A stretch of DNA of 64,000 nt from Eledone cirrhosa (Eukaryota): positions 28,086,001-28,150,000 of the forward strand of contig OZ024761.1 in assembly GCA_964016885.1 (NCBI GenBank), written 5' to 3'. A program made the position numbers and the translations under genes. Under the pieces are notes generated by a model that had not been told where the DNA came from, searched no databases, and saw only the letters and a list, made by a program, of their open reading frames with translations. This document shows positions 43,635 to 60,577 of the stretch, piece by piece; within the stretch, counting starts at the first letter, position 1, and each line of letters starts with the position of its first letter.

Positions 43635-45544
43635 ATGGCGGAGCCACGCCCCCTAGAGGCGGGTCTGCTGTCGTGCAACGGCGACTTGGGCGTTGAGAGG
43701 AGAGGTGGGGTGAGGAGCGCCACCAGCACGAGTGTGAGCAGCGACAGTGCCAGCACCAACGGGCCGAGCGGCGCGGAAGGTGGTAACAGCGACAACACCA
43801 ACACCAACAAGCCGAACAGCGCAGAAGGTGGTAATAGCGAGAGCACCAACAAAACGAACAGCACAGAGAGTAATAGTAGCGACAGCAACAGCACCAACAA
43901 GGCCAACAGCACAGAGGGTAACCACGACACAGGGGAGAACAACAACAGCAATAGCAGCAGCAACACCAACAAGAACAACAACAGTGACAACACCAACAAG
44001 AACACCTTCGCTGCTGTGGCAGCGGCTAAAAGGAGACCATGCTACAGCATCGACTTAACCAACAGAGAGGAAAAGTTGGCCCAGGCCTGGAAAATCATAA
44101 ATCAAGAGCAGACCTGGGCAAACTTAACTGTCCCGGCAGAAGCCATTGAGGCAGTGGAAAAAAGAACGGTGCATTTCAGATGCATCTCAGTAGAGACAAA
44201 GAGGGCAGCGATAATCGCCCAAGCTGATATAGAAGCCGCACTGAAATACATCAGAGAGGACACAGACTTCATAGAGAGGGGCAGGCAATACGGCACCGTT
44301 TCGGTGCTGTTCAAGTCTGAAGCCCTCGCTGTGAAGCATTCAATGACCCCTTGCAAAACCAGCAATGTCATAATGTACCCCTCCCACATGGGAAAACGAA
44401 TAGCACGTGTGCGCATTCCCAGGATTCCACCAGGACTTGATATGTGGTGGCTCCTGTGTTGCGTAATCGTGGAAGGAACGGATACAGTCCCGGTAGAGGC
44501 AACGAGAACTGCCAGGGACGACTGGTCCGGGGTTGATCTGGAGATACTGCTCCAAATCAGACCCGAAAACGTAAAAGCAATCCCGGACCACATCCGCCTC
44601 CAAAACGGGAGGGTGTTGCATATAATGACTGAGGGCAAAAGGCCGCATTGTTTCCTTTGTGGGGAAACGACACACTTGCGAGCCTTCTGCCCTCAACTGC
44701 CGAAAAGCGCAAGGGGTCGAAAGATTCCACTGCTGGCGACGCCGGGACAAGGACCACCAGCAACACCGTCAACAATGGAACCACCAAAATTGCACACCTA
44801 GGGGGGAAACGAGGAAAGCTCTCCCATCCCCCCCCCAAAAAAAAATACACACACGAACAAGAACATAAACACTCACTCAGACACAAACACGCTCACAGCC
44901 ACAGACCCCTCATCCTCCAGCAGTGAAGATGAGGGAAAACCAAAGTCCCCCAAAATACAAAAAACAAAACACAAAAAAAAAAGAAATCCACAAAGCACAA
45001 ACACCCCCACAAAAAAAAATACACACACCACCCACACAAACATTTTCCCCACAGCATCACCAACACAACCACCAAAATCCCCCAAACGCAAACAAGCTAA
45101 ACAGACACAAGAACAAATAGACACACAAACATCAGAAACTACAGACACCCACCCACAACAAACGCAGACACAATAGAAACAACACTAACAAAGCTATCAC
45201 CACCACAATCACACGAACAAATAAAACCCGAGCAACAAAACATTAAAAACTTCGTGCTTGCCAGAAGGGCCAACAAGGAATTGATGGCCCATGTAGCACG
45301 AAGCACAAACATCGAAAAAGAGGGGGAAACATTTGAAGCGAGCACATTTCGCGTACCAGATAATTTGCTTCTGATGCGAATGTCGCTCGCTTCATACAAA
45401 GAAATTCGAAAGAGCTTTCCTCGGGATGTGGGAACCCCGAACGTAAAACCCACTTCAAGACTATTAAAGGGGTTCCCAAAAGAAACCCCACAAACCATGG
45501 AGGTCGAACCACCCGACCTTCACAAGACCCCGGAAGGTAAGTAA
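43635..45544 (+). pseudogene. Tx1 ORF1 (gag-like, CCHC knuckle), frameshifted after about 44720
   Basis: ORF 43635-44801 has N/S/T-rich repeats and CFLCGETTHLRAFC (CX2CX4HX4C). The downstream A/C-rich part is broken into short ORFs that end at 45544, just before ORF2. Confidence 0.8.
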
Positions 45545-45573
45545 ACCTTTCCTCTCCCATTCATCCTGCCAGC

Positions 45574-48500
45574 ATGGCCATAAGAGTAGGAAGTTTAAAT
45601 GTTCGTGGCCTGGGGTCGCCCTGGAAGCAAGGTCACTTGCTCAACGACCTCAGGTCACTAGGAATGGATGTAATTGCCATCAGCGAGACCAGAATTTCCG
45701 ACACACGCGCACTGGCGCCGATTTTCGACGATTATCAGATCTTTGCATCTGTTAGTCGGCCGGGAATGGGAGGTGGAGTGGCTGTGCTGTTTAGGAAATG
45801 TCTGGATCTCGAGGTAAGGTCAATCTTCCGGGATCCTGACGGAAAGTTAGTGGTCCTGGACGTGAGCAATAGCCGGTCGGCCGGACTTCTTTAGGCGCCT
45901 GGAAAACTTTCTGCTTACGTCTCGCCCTTTACTGTTAATAGGGGATTGGAATGGCATCTTAGAAGCACGCTGGGATTGTGTGGGAGTATCTGATAGGAGC
46001 GGGGGGTGCAAAAGCCTCAAGTACCTGATCAGCCAGTTTCAACTGTCTGACAGGTACCGACTAGATTTCCCTAATGCGCCAGTATGGACCTGGACCAATC
46101 GCATAGGGTCATCTAGATCATACATAGATAGGATTTTCATTAGGAAAAGAGATAGAAATAGTGTAGGATGTCCACATTTTAAAACGGTTGCCTATTCAGA
46201 TCACAAGCTTGTGATCTGTATGGTCGACCTAGATAAGACACGTAGGTTAGGACCTAGCTACTGGAAGCTAAACATGTCGTTTCCGGCACGTAAAGCTTAC
46301 AGGGACCGGGTCAACAACTTAGTTAAGCAAAAGTTGACAGGGGAGGGTTGTCAACACAGGTGGTGGGGGGCTCTCAAAAGAGAGATTAGAGCAACCTCGA
46401 TAGGATTTAGCAAAGAAGTAGCAATAGAGAAAAATAGAAAGGAGGAGGGGCTGATAGCTAAGTTAGACGAGGCTATTTGTAGTGGCATTGCAACAGACGT
46501 GCTAGCGGCGAGAATGGCACTAGACCATTTCTTCAATGCGAAACACGAAGGTTGCATTGTCAGAGCTAAGGCGCGTGCTCTGAGGAACGAGGGAACCAAA
46601 GCTGCCCGATGGGCTCGCTTTGCAGAGACGCAGCGTGGAAATAAAACCACAATTCGGTCTTTGACGGATCGAGATGGACACGAACTGAGCGATTCCAAGC
46701 AGATGTGTGAGTCCTTTCGCCAGCACTTTGCTCGATTGTTCGGGAGGATGGGTGAGTCGGAGACGGCGGCGGACTTCAGTCCCTACCTCGACGGCTTGCC
46801 ACGCCTCTCGACGGCCGACGCTGAGCGCTGCGAAGAGCCGATAACATCAGTCGAAATTCAGGACGCCCTTGTCGGCTGCTCGAGTCGCAAGTCACCCGGT
46901 TTGGATGGTCTGCCCTACGAGCTTTACGTAAATATGCCAGACTTGTTCTCCGATCTCCTCGAAGCGCTCTACTGCAACTGGCAGCAGAACGGGAGCATTC
47001 CCAGTTCTGTGAGCCGTGGCGTAGTGACGCTGATAAGGAAAGACGAGAACAAGAGGGACACACTGCTCAACACAGAGTTTAAGATTTTGGCCAAGGTGTT
47101 AGCGAAAAGGTTGGCGCTTGTCGTCAAAGATTTGGTTGGGGAGGCGCAAACTTGCGCAATCCCGACCAGGTCCATACACGACAACCTCCACCTCATGCGA
47201 TACATCATAGAGAGGGTTGGGTGCAAACCTGGCTTCGGTGGGGCTCTGATCAATTTAGATCAATCGAAAGCATTCGATAGGGTCGACCATCGGTACTTGG
47301 AGGCTGTCCTCGAGGCGGCTGGCTTCGACCCCGTCTTCAGAAGCTGGATCGCTGCAATGTACAGCGGCATCTGCTCGGTGGTCAAAGTTAATGGCCACCT
47401 CTCGGAACCGTTTCAGATCTCTCGATCGGTCCGTCAAGGGTGCCCTCTCTCCTCACTTCTGTACGTATTGACTCTTGAGCCTCTACTGCGGAAGCTGGAG
47501 TTGTTGCAGGGCATCCCGCTCGAACCGGGACGTAGAAAGGCTGCGTCCGCTTATGCGGACGACATCACCGTGATGGTGTCGGACACCTCGGAAATCGAGG
47601 TGATCCGCACCCATTTGGAGGAATATGAAAGGTTGACGGGAGCAAAACTTAACCCGGAAAAGTCGGTGGGCTTGCAGCTCGGCACCTGGAGAGGCAAGTC
47701 CATGCCGTCCAACAGCGTCGTTGGGCGCTGGACAGACAGACCGGTAAAGTTGCTCGGGGTTTGGTTCGGACCAGACCTCCAGGTGGATAAGAATTGGGAC
47801 GAGGTGACGAGCAGGATAGCCAACCTCACCCAGAAATGGGCTGAGAGAAAGCTATCACTGAAAGGGCGGGCGGAGGTGGCGAACGCGTACATCGCGTCCG
47901 TCATCTACTACCGCCTGACCGTCGTGCCTTGCCCCCGTCCACGCCTCGCCAATTTGGAACGGCTCCTTTTCAAATTTTTGTGGTGGGGACGGGTCCCGTT
48001 GGTGAGGCGGTCCATCTGCTGCCAGCACCCTCTTCGTGGAGGGCTGGGCATGCCGTGGCTAATGATGCGCAGACATGCGCTGAGGCTGCGACGTCTCCAG
48101 ATATTTTGCCTAAACGGTGAACAGGTGTGGTCGCCGTTTGTTAGACGGGCCTTTCCGCAGCTCATCTCTTTGACTGAGCTGCAGTCCTGGGTCAAGAAGA
48201 GACCGAGACTGGGCGACTGGCATCTGGAATGTTGCCAGGCGCTCACTGCACTCTGCAAGGTGGGCAATGCGGTCAGTGGAACTTCCACTCAAGATTTCTA
48301 TAGAGGATTAGTGGAGGGCAAGTACGATGACGTACTAGGAGAGGTTCTAGGCGTCAACGAAGTAGAACTGACCAGTATGTTCCGGAGGACTTTCGAGCCG
48401 GGGACGATGGATAACTTCCAGAAATCCCTCGCTTGGCAGTGCTACCGGGGGGCGCTGCCGGTTCGGGATAAACTCTACAGGCACGGAAGTGCTGTCAGAC

Positions 48501-48922
48501 GAACCTGCCCGAGATGCGCGCAGAGCGACGAAACCGTTCTGCACGCACTCGTCCAGTGTCCGTGCATTGCTGACTTGTGGGGTTATGTCGAACAGCTATT
48601 GTCGCGTGTAGAACGGATCCGGCTATCGTCCGAGTCCATAGTGAAGATTGACCCGCCGCCTTCTTTTGGTCAGGAAGGGCAGGCAATTTTCCTCTGCCTG
48701 GTGGCAGTAGCGAAAGAGGTTGCATGGTGGACCAGGTTGAAAGGACTGAAGACAGACACTTTTCTCTTCGGCCAATCCCTCATCAACTTCTTCAAGTTTC
48801 ACTTGGAAAGGAAGGTGAGGGTGGAGAGAGAAGTGCTGTCCCCCAGTACATTTACTGAAAGGTGGGTGAATGTGGCGAGAATGGCCCGCGTGAGTGGGCC
48901 TACTCTGATCATGCGCCTGTAG
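45574..48922 (+). pseudogene. Tx1 ORF2: AP endonuclease, reverse transcriptase, zinc finger
   Basis: GSLNVRGL, ISET, GDWN, YIDRIF, SDH; SPGLDGL, LDQSKAFDRVDH, VRQGCPLS, AYADD; CPRC..HALVQC. There is a frameshift or deletion near 45880, and the RPI motif is missing before LLN (KRDT-LLN). Confidence 0.95.
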
Positions 48923-49329
48923 GCTGGTGAATTCGAGAAGGAGAGGGGTGCCCTTCCCGGGTGCCCTAGGAGCGTCGGGTGGCTCAGGACTGGTGGGGTG
49001 CTTGAGTCAACCCTGGGTGGTGATCCCTCTTATTGGGGAACTTTCATTGTTGTATTTTTATTGTTATTTTGTTTTTTTGTTATTTATACTTACTCGATCT
49101 CTATGTAAACCCCCACTGTCCCTGTCTATTGTGTTGTCCCCTATATGTCGGCCCTTGTGGCCAATAAATGAAATCATTATTATTATTATTAGTAGTAGTA
49201 GTAGTAGTAGTAGTAGCAGTAGTAGTAGTGGTGATGTTTAACATGGCCACCAATATCAACTAGAAGGAAAGCTACATCAAATGCTGAATTTCTTTTCGAA
49301 CAAATGAAAGTCACTGACAGAGACACACA

Positions 49330-51905
<2,576 letters not shown>

Positions 51906-52326
51906 ACTAGTCGATAATAAATGGTACAGTGTCAGGGCAAATGTCATACATTATTCAGCCTTGTCCCTTTATAATTACAATGTCCACCGTTCCCCCTCAC
52001 ATACACCCCCTTATAACGCCCCCCACCTTCCCCTTCACCTTCACATAGAATCTCTTATAATAATCCCCCTCCGCCTTCCACCTCACATACACTCACATTT
52101 AATGTCCCCCTCCGCCTTCCTCCTCACATACACTTACATATAACGTCACCCCCCTCCCCCACACACACTCACACATCTGATATCCAATTCTCTCGGAGGT
52201 CGCCTTTACCTTTAATAATATACCGGAAGTCGAAAATATAAATACTTGCAAAGAATTAGGATCGATAGATCTAACAGCTCTGCTCTCCTTTGAAATATAG
52301 TCCTCTGTGTTCGCGATTGGATAAAT

Positions 52327-52372
<46 letters not shown>

Positions 52373-52639
52373 CACAATTTGTTGCTATTATTGCTGATGT
52401 TGTTTTTGTTGTGGTTGTTGTTGCGGTTGTTGTCAAACCTGATATTCAAAATATCTATGTACGGTTGTGCTGATATTTCTAACGGGTCTATTAACCGCAT
52501 TCCTATACGCGCACACATGCGCACACACATGCACACACACATATATATATGTGTGTGTGTGTATGAGAGTCTCCGGTTCAATCGGAGGAAATCATAGTAA
52601 GGTACTCAATACGTTAGTAGAGTTTACACAACAAATCTG

Positions 52640-52675
<36 letters not shown>

Positions 52676-52782
52676 TAAAATAACAGATTAAAGTTTAAGC
52701 AAAGAATCACTGCTTTCACCCTTATCGAGCCCTCTTTGCATTTTAGTCTTCAAATTTATTATTATTACTATATATATATATA

Positions 52783-52886
52783 ACGAAGGAAATGTGGTAA
52801 GGAAACAGGTGGACCATAACGCACCAAAGTAGTCCAGAATTAGCCGTCGAAACGGCTTGAGCTCAGCCGTCGGGGTCCTACTCGTT

Positions 52887-52888
<2 letters not shown>
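52783..52888 (-). mobile_element. Family A copy with one arm deleted
   Basis: The tail end acgaaggaaatgtgg...gcaccaaagt is joined directly to agtccagaattagccg...cgttcc. Confidence 0.85.
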
Positions 52889-52931
<43 letters not shown>

Positions 52932-53163
52932 TTGTAGCCTCTGCACACCCTCTGCACCATACTATCGAAGCCACCCCATCTATGGTTCAGCTAACCACTC
53001 GACTCCCGGGAATGAATATGACCGCAGCTAGTAAACTAAGGACCCACACCCCACCCTCCCGCACCAAAATTAGACTTATCGTACCCTACTTTTGCTCTTT
53101 ACTCTCTTTACTTTTTGTTCTTGAATGTTTGGTTGGTAGAGTCCATAACACCAATCAAACCCC

Positions 53164-53224
53164 TTTTATAGCTCTGACGAATCCTACGGTTACGTAAGGA
53201 AGAAACATTGTAAGCCAATAAAAA
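53164..53224 (+). ncRNA. Type I hammerhead motif downstream of a possible GIY-YIG C-terminal remnant
   Basis: uuuuauaGCU-CUGACGA-auccuacg guua cguaaggaa-GAAA-CAUUG-UA-AGCcaauaaaa. Confidence 0.72.
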
Positions 53225-53575
53225 TCTTTTCATGTTGTAGACGCTCTTGTGTTCTTTATCATATATATATATATATATATAGAACACTCTCGAAGCGCGA
53301 TTCACACCTAAATAAAAGTGTTAGTTTTGAAACAGCGAGCGAGTGTGAAATTAGAATTGACGTACATTACGTCCATTCTTAACTTTTTCCATTTCTTAGA
53401 GAGTTCTAAACCCAACTATCAACATTTCTTTAGTAAAAATTACGACGAAAGTTTCTATTTCTAATTTCCAACTCGATTGCTGTTTCAAAACTAACTTACT
53501 TGGTATGAATGTAGCTTTAAATTTGAATGGAAGGGGATGAGTGATGTGTTGTGTAATGGTAGCACTATGTTCTAT

Positions 53576-53620
<45 letters not shown>

Positions 53621-53776
53621 GTTAAAAGAATAGAGGTGTAACACACAATGTATTATATAGGTAAACGGAATAGAAAATGCTGACAAATTGTTCACAGTTG
53701 AAAAATGGTTTAATTAGGAATAAAAGAGTATTAGTGATTGTATGGGTTAGTATTCAGTTGTGGTTTTAAGTTTTTA

Positions 53777-53832
<56 letters not shown>

Positions 53833-54036
53833 AACAAAAGATGGTTAAAAGAGTTCCATGTATTTTATTATGCGCATTTCAAAACAAATATCATAATAAA
53901 ATACATGGAACTCTTTTAACCATCTTTTGTTCTTATATATTATGTATACTCCAGTCCTACAAACTGTAGAGTACTTCTTATCCGATATCTGCATTGCTTT
54001 ATTGTACTACAATAAAACTCACCTCCTACATATATG

Positions 54037-54092
<56 letters not shown>

Positions 54093-54123
54093 ATGTAAGC
54101 TATCGACGTATTTTGATATATAT

Positions 54124-54274
54124 GGAACCAGATGGACCATAACGCACCAGAGTACTCAATACTTAGGGTAGTAGAGTGGGAAATAGGAAAAAGTATGACC
54201 CCGACGGCAGAGCTGAGTTCAGAAATAGCCGTCGAAACGGCTTGAGCTCTGCCGTCGGGGGTCATACTTTTTAC
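54124..54274 (-). mobile_element. Family A copy (subfamily aaagtatg)
   Basis: Same tail and stem III region; a sister copy is at 62793. Confidence 0.85.
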
Positions 54275-54313
<39 letters not shown>

Positions 54314-54342
54314 GTGGGTGTGTGTTGGTTTATTCGCAATCA

Positions 54343-54561
<219 letters not shown>

Positions 54562-54569
54562 TATATATA

Positions 54570-54892
<323 letters not shown>

Positions 54893-55297
54893 ATATATAT
54901 AATGTAGAGCTATACAATCAATTCTCAAAGGAGAGTAGAGACATGTAAAGTGTATTTGCCAGCCTCCGAAAGAAGTGGTTGCATCATCACAACCACCACG
55001 ACTAACACCACAACAATAATCTCCACCTCCGCTATCACCTGCACCACTACTTCCACCGCCGCCATCACCACCACTTCCACCGCCGCCATCACCACCACAT
55101 CCACCACCGCCATCACCACCACTTCCACCGCCGCCATCACCACCACATCCACCACCGCAGCCACCACTACTTAACTATTTCCTTTATTCAACAAAAAAGA
55201 CCCACTTTTCTAATAGACACAAGGAATCAATTCCTTTAATGCAGTTACCAATTTATAATTTAGTTTGCACCTCCTGTCCCTCCCCTCTTCTCCCTTA

Positions 55298-55771
55298 GTC
55301 ATAGTCACACACAGACACACACATAGAGGCATACATACACAGACACACACACACAGGCATACATAGTCATAGTCACACACAGACACACAGAGGCATACAT
55401 ACACAGACACACACACACAGGCATACATAGTCATAGTCACACACAGACACATAGAGGCATACATACACAGACCCACAGAGGCAGACATACACAGACACAC
55501 ACATACATAGACATACATAGACACACACACAGAGGCAGACATACACAGAGACACAGAGGCATAGTCATACACAGACACACAGAGGCATAGACATACACAG
55601 ACACACACACAGAGGCATACATACACAGACACACACATACATAGACATACATAGACACACACACAGAGGCAGACATACACAGAGACACAGAGGCATAGTC
55701 ATACACAGACACACAGAGGCATAGACATACACAGACACACACACAGAGGCATACATACACAGACACACACA
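55298..55771. repeat. CA-rich minisatellite (cacagaggcatacatacacagac) abutting the gap
   Basis: Recurring gaggcata and gtcatagtc units. Confidence 0.9.
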
Positions 55772-55971
55772 NNNNNNNNNNNNNNNNNNNNNNNNNNNNN
55801 NNNNNNNNNNNNNNNNNNNNNNNNNNNNNNNNNNNNNNNNNNNNNNNNNNNNNNNNNNNNNNNNNNNNNNNNNNNNNNNNNNNNNNNNNNNNNNNNNNNN
55901 NNNNNNNNNNNNNNNNNNNNNNNNNNNNNNNNNNNNNNNNNNNNNNNNNNNNNNNNNNNNNNNNNNNNNNN
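55772..55971. other. Assembly gap (200 N)
   Basis: Run of n. Confidence 1.
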
Positions 55972-56135
55972 AGAAAGTATGGGATTGAGGAGGATGTTCC
56001 AATCAAGAGAATGAAGGAATATTTAAATTATGGAATGTATTAATAAATAGCTAATAGATTAAATAGATGAGTGATTGATGGAATGGGTTAATAAATAGAA
56101 ATAAATATATAAGAAGCTTGCTAAGTGAACACATA

Positions 56136-56182
<47 letters not shown>

Positions 56183-56235
56183 ATATATATAATATATATA
56201 TATATATATATAATATATATATAATATATATATAT

Positions 56236-56283
<48 letters not shown>

Positions 56284-56297
56284 TAATATATATATAT

Positions 56298-56343
<46 letters not shown>

Positions 56344-56387
56344 TAATATATATATATATATTATATATATGATGATGATGATGATAT

Positions 56388-56493
<106 letters not shown>

Positions 56494-56914
56494 GGGGTGG
56501 GAAGAGCAACAGAAATCAGCAGAAACACAGTTACCTGAAATGAACAGAGAGCTACATCTAACTTCATCAGCCACCTTGCTGGTGTGCAGTTTTATATACA
56601 TATATGTCTATACATACATACAAATATATATATACATATACACATCCATATAAATTTATATACATACATATAAATATTCATAAATAGATAAATATATATA
56701 TATATACATATAAATATATATACATATTATATATTACACACAGACACACACACATATATATATATACATACATATATATATATACATGTATATATATATA
56801 TATATATATAGTAGTAAAGCAGCTGCTATTTTTTATTGTTAACATAAGAGGGAATCGCTACCCCATGTTTTTAATCTTTGTTTATCATAATATCTTCTTT
56901 AAACCTAATCCTGT

Positions 56915-57041
56915 TAGTAGTAGTAGTAGTAGTAGTAGTAGTAATAGTGGTAGTAGTACTAGTAGTAGTAGTAGTGGCAGTAGTAGTAGAGGTAGTAGTA
57001 ATAGTAGTAGTGGCAGTAATGGTGGTAGTAGTAGTAGTGGC

Positions 57042-57076
<35 letters not shown>

Positions 57077-57077
57077 C

Positions 57078-57171
<94 letters not shown>

Positions 57172-57231
57172 GTATTATTAGTAGTAGTAGTAGTAGTAGT
57201 AGTACTGGCAGTAGTAGTAGTAGTAGTAGTA

Positions 57232-57271
<40 letters not shown>

Positions 57272-57291
57272 CAGCAGCAGCAGCAGTAGTG

Positions 57292-57335
<44 letters not shown>

Positions 57336-57392
57336 GGTTGTAGTCGTAGTAGTGGTTGTAGTCGTAGTAGTGGTGGTAGTAGTAGTAGTGGC

Positions 57393-57430
<38 letters not shown>

Positions 57431-57505
57431 TAGTAGTGGTTGTAGTCGTAGTAGTAGTGGCAGTAGTAGTAGTAGTGGTAGTAGTAGTAGTAGTGGTAGT
57501 AGTAG
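56915..57505. repeat. (AGT)n trinucleotide tract
   Basis: Direct inspection. Confidence 0.95.
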
Positions 57506-57642
57506 TGTGTTTGCAGCTGTGAATGGGTGTTATGGTTAGCATTAACTTCATATATTACATAATGTGAAATTAGTGTGTGTTAGCACAGAGAGTAGATTTC
57601 TGTATGTACATATATATGTGTTCGTGTGTATGTATGTGTGTT

Positions 57643-57692
<50 letters not shown>

Positions 57693-57733
57693 AATATATA
57701 TATAAATATACATATATATATATACATATAAAT

Positions 57734-57764
<31 letters not shown>

Positions 57765-57819
57765 AATATACATATATATATATACATATATATACATATA
57801 TAAACATATATATATAAAC

Positions 57820-57852
<33 letters not shown>

Positions 57853-57869
57853 CATATGTATATATATAC

Positions 57870-57900
<31 letters not shown>

Positions 57901-58148
57901 CATATATACATATATATACATATATATACACACATATATATACATATATAGATATAGATATATACATATATATACATATATATAATATATATATATATAA
58001 ATATATATATATACATATACTCATATATACATATATACTTATATATATACATATTTACTTATATATATACATATATATTTACATATACATAAATACATAT
58101 ATATACATATATACATATATATATATACATATACACATATATATATAC

Positions 58149-58197
<49 letters not shown>

Positions 58198-58873
58198 TAC
58201 ATATATATATATATGTGTGTATGTATGTATGGAGGGTCAAAAACAATAAAAACTCACTGGAATGTCTGAAATATCAAGTTTACCATCATGTCTGCCTAGC
58301 TGTTCTACCAAAAATAAACAGCTGGACTGAAATAGGGGTGTGAGGCTTTCCCTACCATGCCCCACACCCCTAACACAACCACATGCAACCCCAGCCCCTC
58401 CTTCCTTTTTCCTCAGTCCACTGTATACTGACTGTTGTCATGGATATATCGCTCTCTCTCTCACTATCTCTTTTAATTCTCATTTTCTCTCTTTAATTTT
58501 TCGTACTTTCTCTCTCTCACACTCTCTTTAATTTTTCCTACTCTTTCTCTCTTCCTCTTTTTATTATCTCCTTATCTTTCTTTGAGTTTGTTATACTCTC
58601 TCTCTCTCCACTCCGGCCCCACTCTCTCCATGTCTATTCTATGTATACATTCTAATTTTACATAAAAAAAATTTTTTTGAGCCACATTCTAATGTAGAAT
58701 CAAAGTTCTTTCACTGGAATTTAGTGATCAAAGGTGTAATCATATAATCATGTATGTATGTGTATATGTGTGTGCGTGTGTGTGTATGTATGTATGTGTG
58801 TGTCTGTGTGTGCATGTGTGTATGAGCATGTGTATGTGTGTAAATGTTACTATATTAATGTATAATATGTATA

Positions 58874-58907
<34 letters not shown>

Positions 58908-59069
58908 AATATATATATATGTATATATATATATATATGTGTGTATATATATATATACATATATATATATACATATATATATTTATATATATTATGTGTG
59001 TCTGTGTGTGTATGAGCATGTGTATGTGTGTAAATGTTACTATATTAATGTATAATATGTATAAATATA

Positions 59070-59105
<36 letters not shown>

Positions 59106-59617
59106 AAAATATATATATGTATATATATATATGTGTGTATATATATATATATATATTTATTTAGCTTTACCTCAGTTATATTCTAATTCTAAATCCTTAA
59201 TTTCAAAACTCCACTTTATACTTCCCTAAAATATATTATCGCTTGGCGTTCTATCCAGGGAGAGTCTTGTATTCGTATTCTCAAATGCTTAAGACCAAGG
59301 AAACTAAGGACAGGCAATGGCCTGATGATCTTCCATCTTAGAACAAATGTTTAACTTAACTCGCTGTCTATCTCTTTATTGTATCTCTATATCGCTCACT
59401 CTCTTCTCCATTCCCTCACTTACACAAATTTATGCACAAACGCACACACTTTAGTATATTATCTTTCTCTTATATATAATTTGGACCCATGATTGTAGTT
59501 CCACATTCATCGACTCTCTCTCTCTCTCTCTCTCTCCCCTGCTCAGTCAATATGTAAACTCAGGCAGTCAGTAAACTCCACTTTCTTTTTTTTATATATA
59601 TATATTTATATACACAC

Positions 59618-59650
<33 letters not shown>

Positions 59651-60031
59651 CGTACATATGTATACATAACATATACATATACATACTTATGCATTAATAT
59701 ACATACATATATATATATACATATATATATACATACATATATATACATATATATATACACATATATACAAATACATATATATACATATATATACATATAC
59801 ATATATATATACATATATATACATATACATATATATATACATATATATACATATACATATATATATATATATACATATATATACTTATACATATATATAT
59901 ATATATACATATATATTCATATACACATATATATATATATACATATACATACATGTACATATACATATACATATATATATACATATATATATATATACAT
60001 TTATATATATACAGACATATACATTTCTATA

Positions 60032-60071
<40 letters not shown>

Positions 60072-60116
60072 CATGGATATATATTCATGTACATATATAT
60101 ATATATATATTCATGT

Positions 60117-60157
<41 letters not shown>

Positions 60158-60189
60158 TGTACACACACACACACATATATATATATATG

Positions 60190-60234
<45 letters not shown>

Positions 60235-60284
60235 TCGCTCTCTAGGGTTTCATCTCTTCATCTTTCTTCCGCTTTCAAATTTGT

Positions 60285-60459
60285 CTAACGTCCGCGACTG
60301 TAACATCTGCTGTGGCTGTGACTCCGACTGCGGCTTCGACTACAACTCAATTCCCGAGATGGACTTCGAGATCGGCTGTAGGATCGGTAGGAAAAGCTGC
60401 TCAAAGAACTTGGTGTTGGTGGCGTGGGTCGGTGGTATGGAACTGGCCTCTTCCGTGCA
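60285..60459 (-). CDS. Srrm234: Terminal coding exon of an Srrm2/3/4-family splicing factor (eMIC domain second half plus RS tail)
   Basis: A polypyrimidine tract and aacaacAG acceptor (60461-60460) precede t|gca cgg aag agg..., which reads (S)[35 protein letters not shown]...RSRSRS..GR*. This matches SARKRPIPYYRPSP followed by an S/RS-rich tail as I recall from SRRM3/SRRM4. Upstream exons were not found in the window. Confidence 0.82.
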
Positions 60460-60529
60460 CTGTTGTTAACAAAGAAGATTGGAGAGAAAAAAAAAAAAGA
60501 AGTAAAATATGAGAGGAAAGCAAATACTG

Positions 60530-60576
<47 letters not shown>

Positions 60577-60577
<1 letters not shown>

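Larger units (their letters stand above)
43424..49175 (+). mobile_element. Near full-length Tx1/L1-clade non-LTR retrotransposon (defective)
   Basis: 5'UTR, ORF1, ORF2 (APE-RT-zinc finger) and a 3'UTR with aataaa; (ATT)n on both sides. Confidence 0.95.

Noticed and set aside
43653-48725. Multiple antisense ORFs over the Tx1 element
   Set aside because: Shadow ORFs of GC-rich coding sequence.
52099-52329. Minus-strand ORF with a GIY-YIG-like ending (SKESRAVRSIDPNSL)
   Set aside because: The similarity is too weak to call without a profile search.
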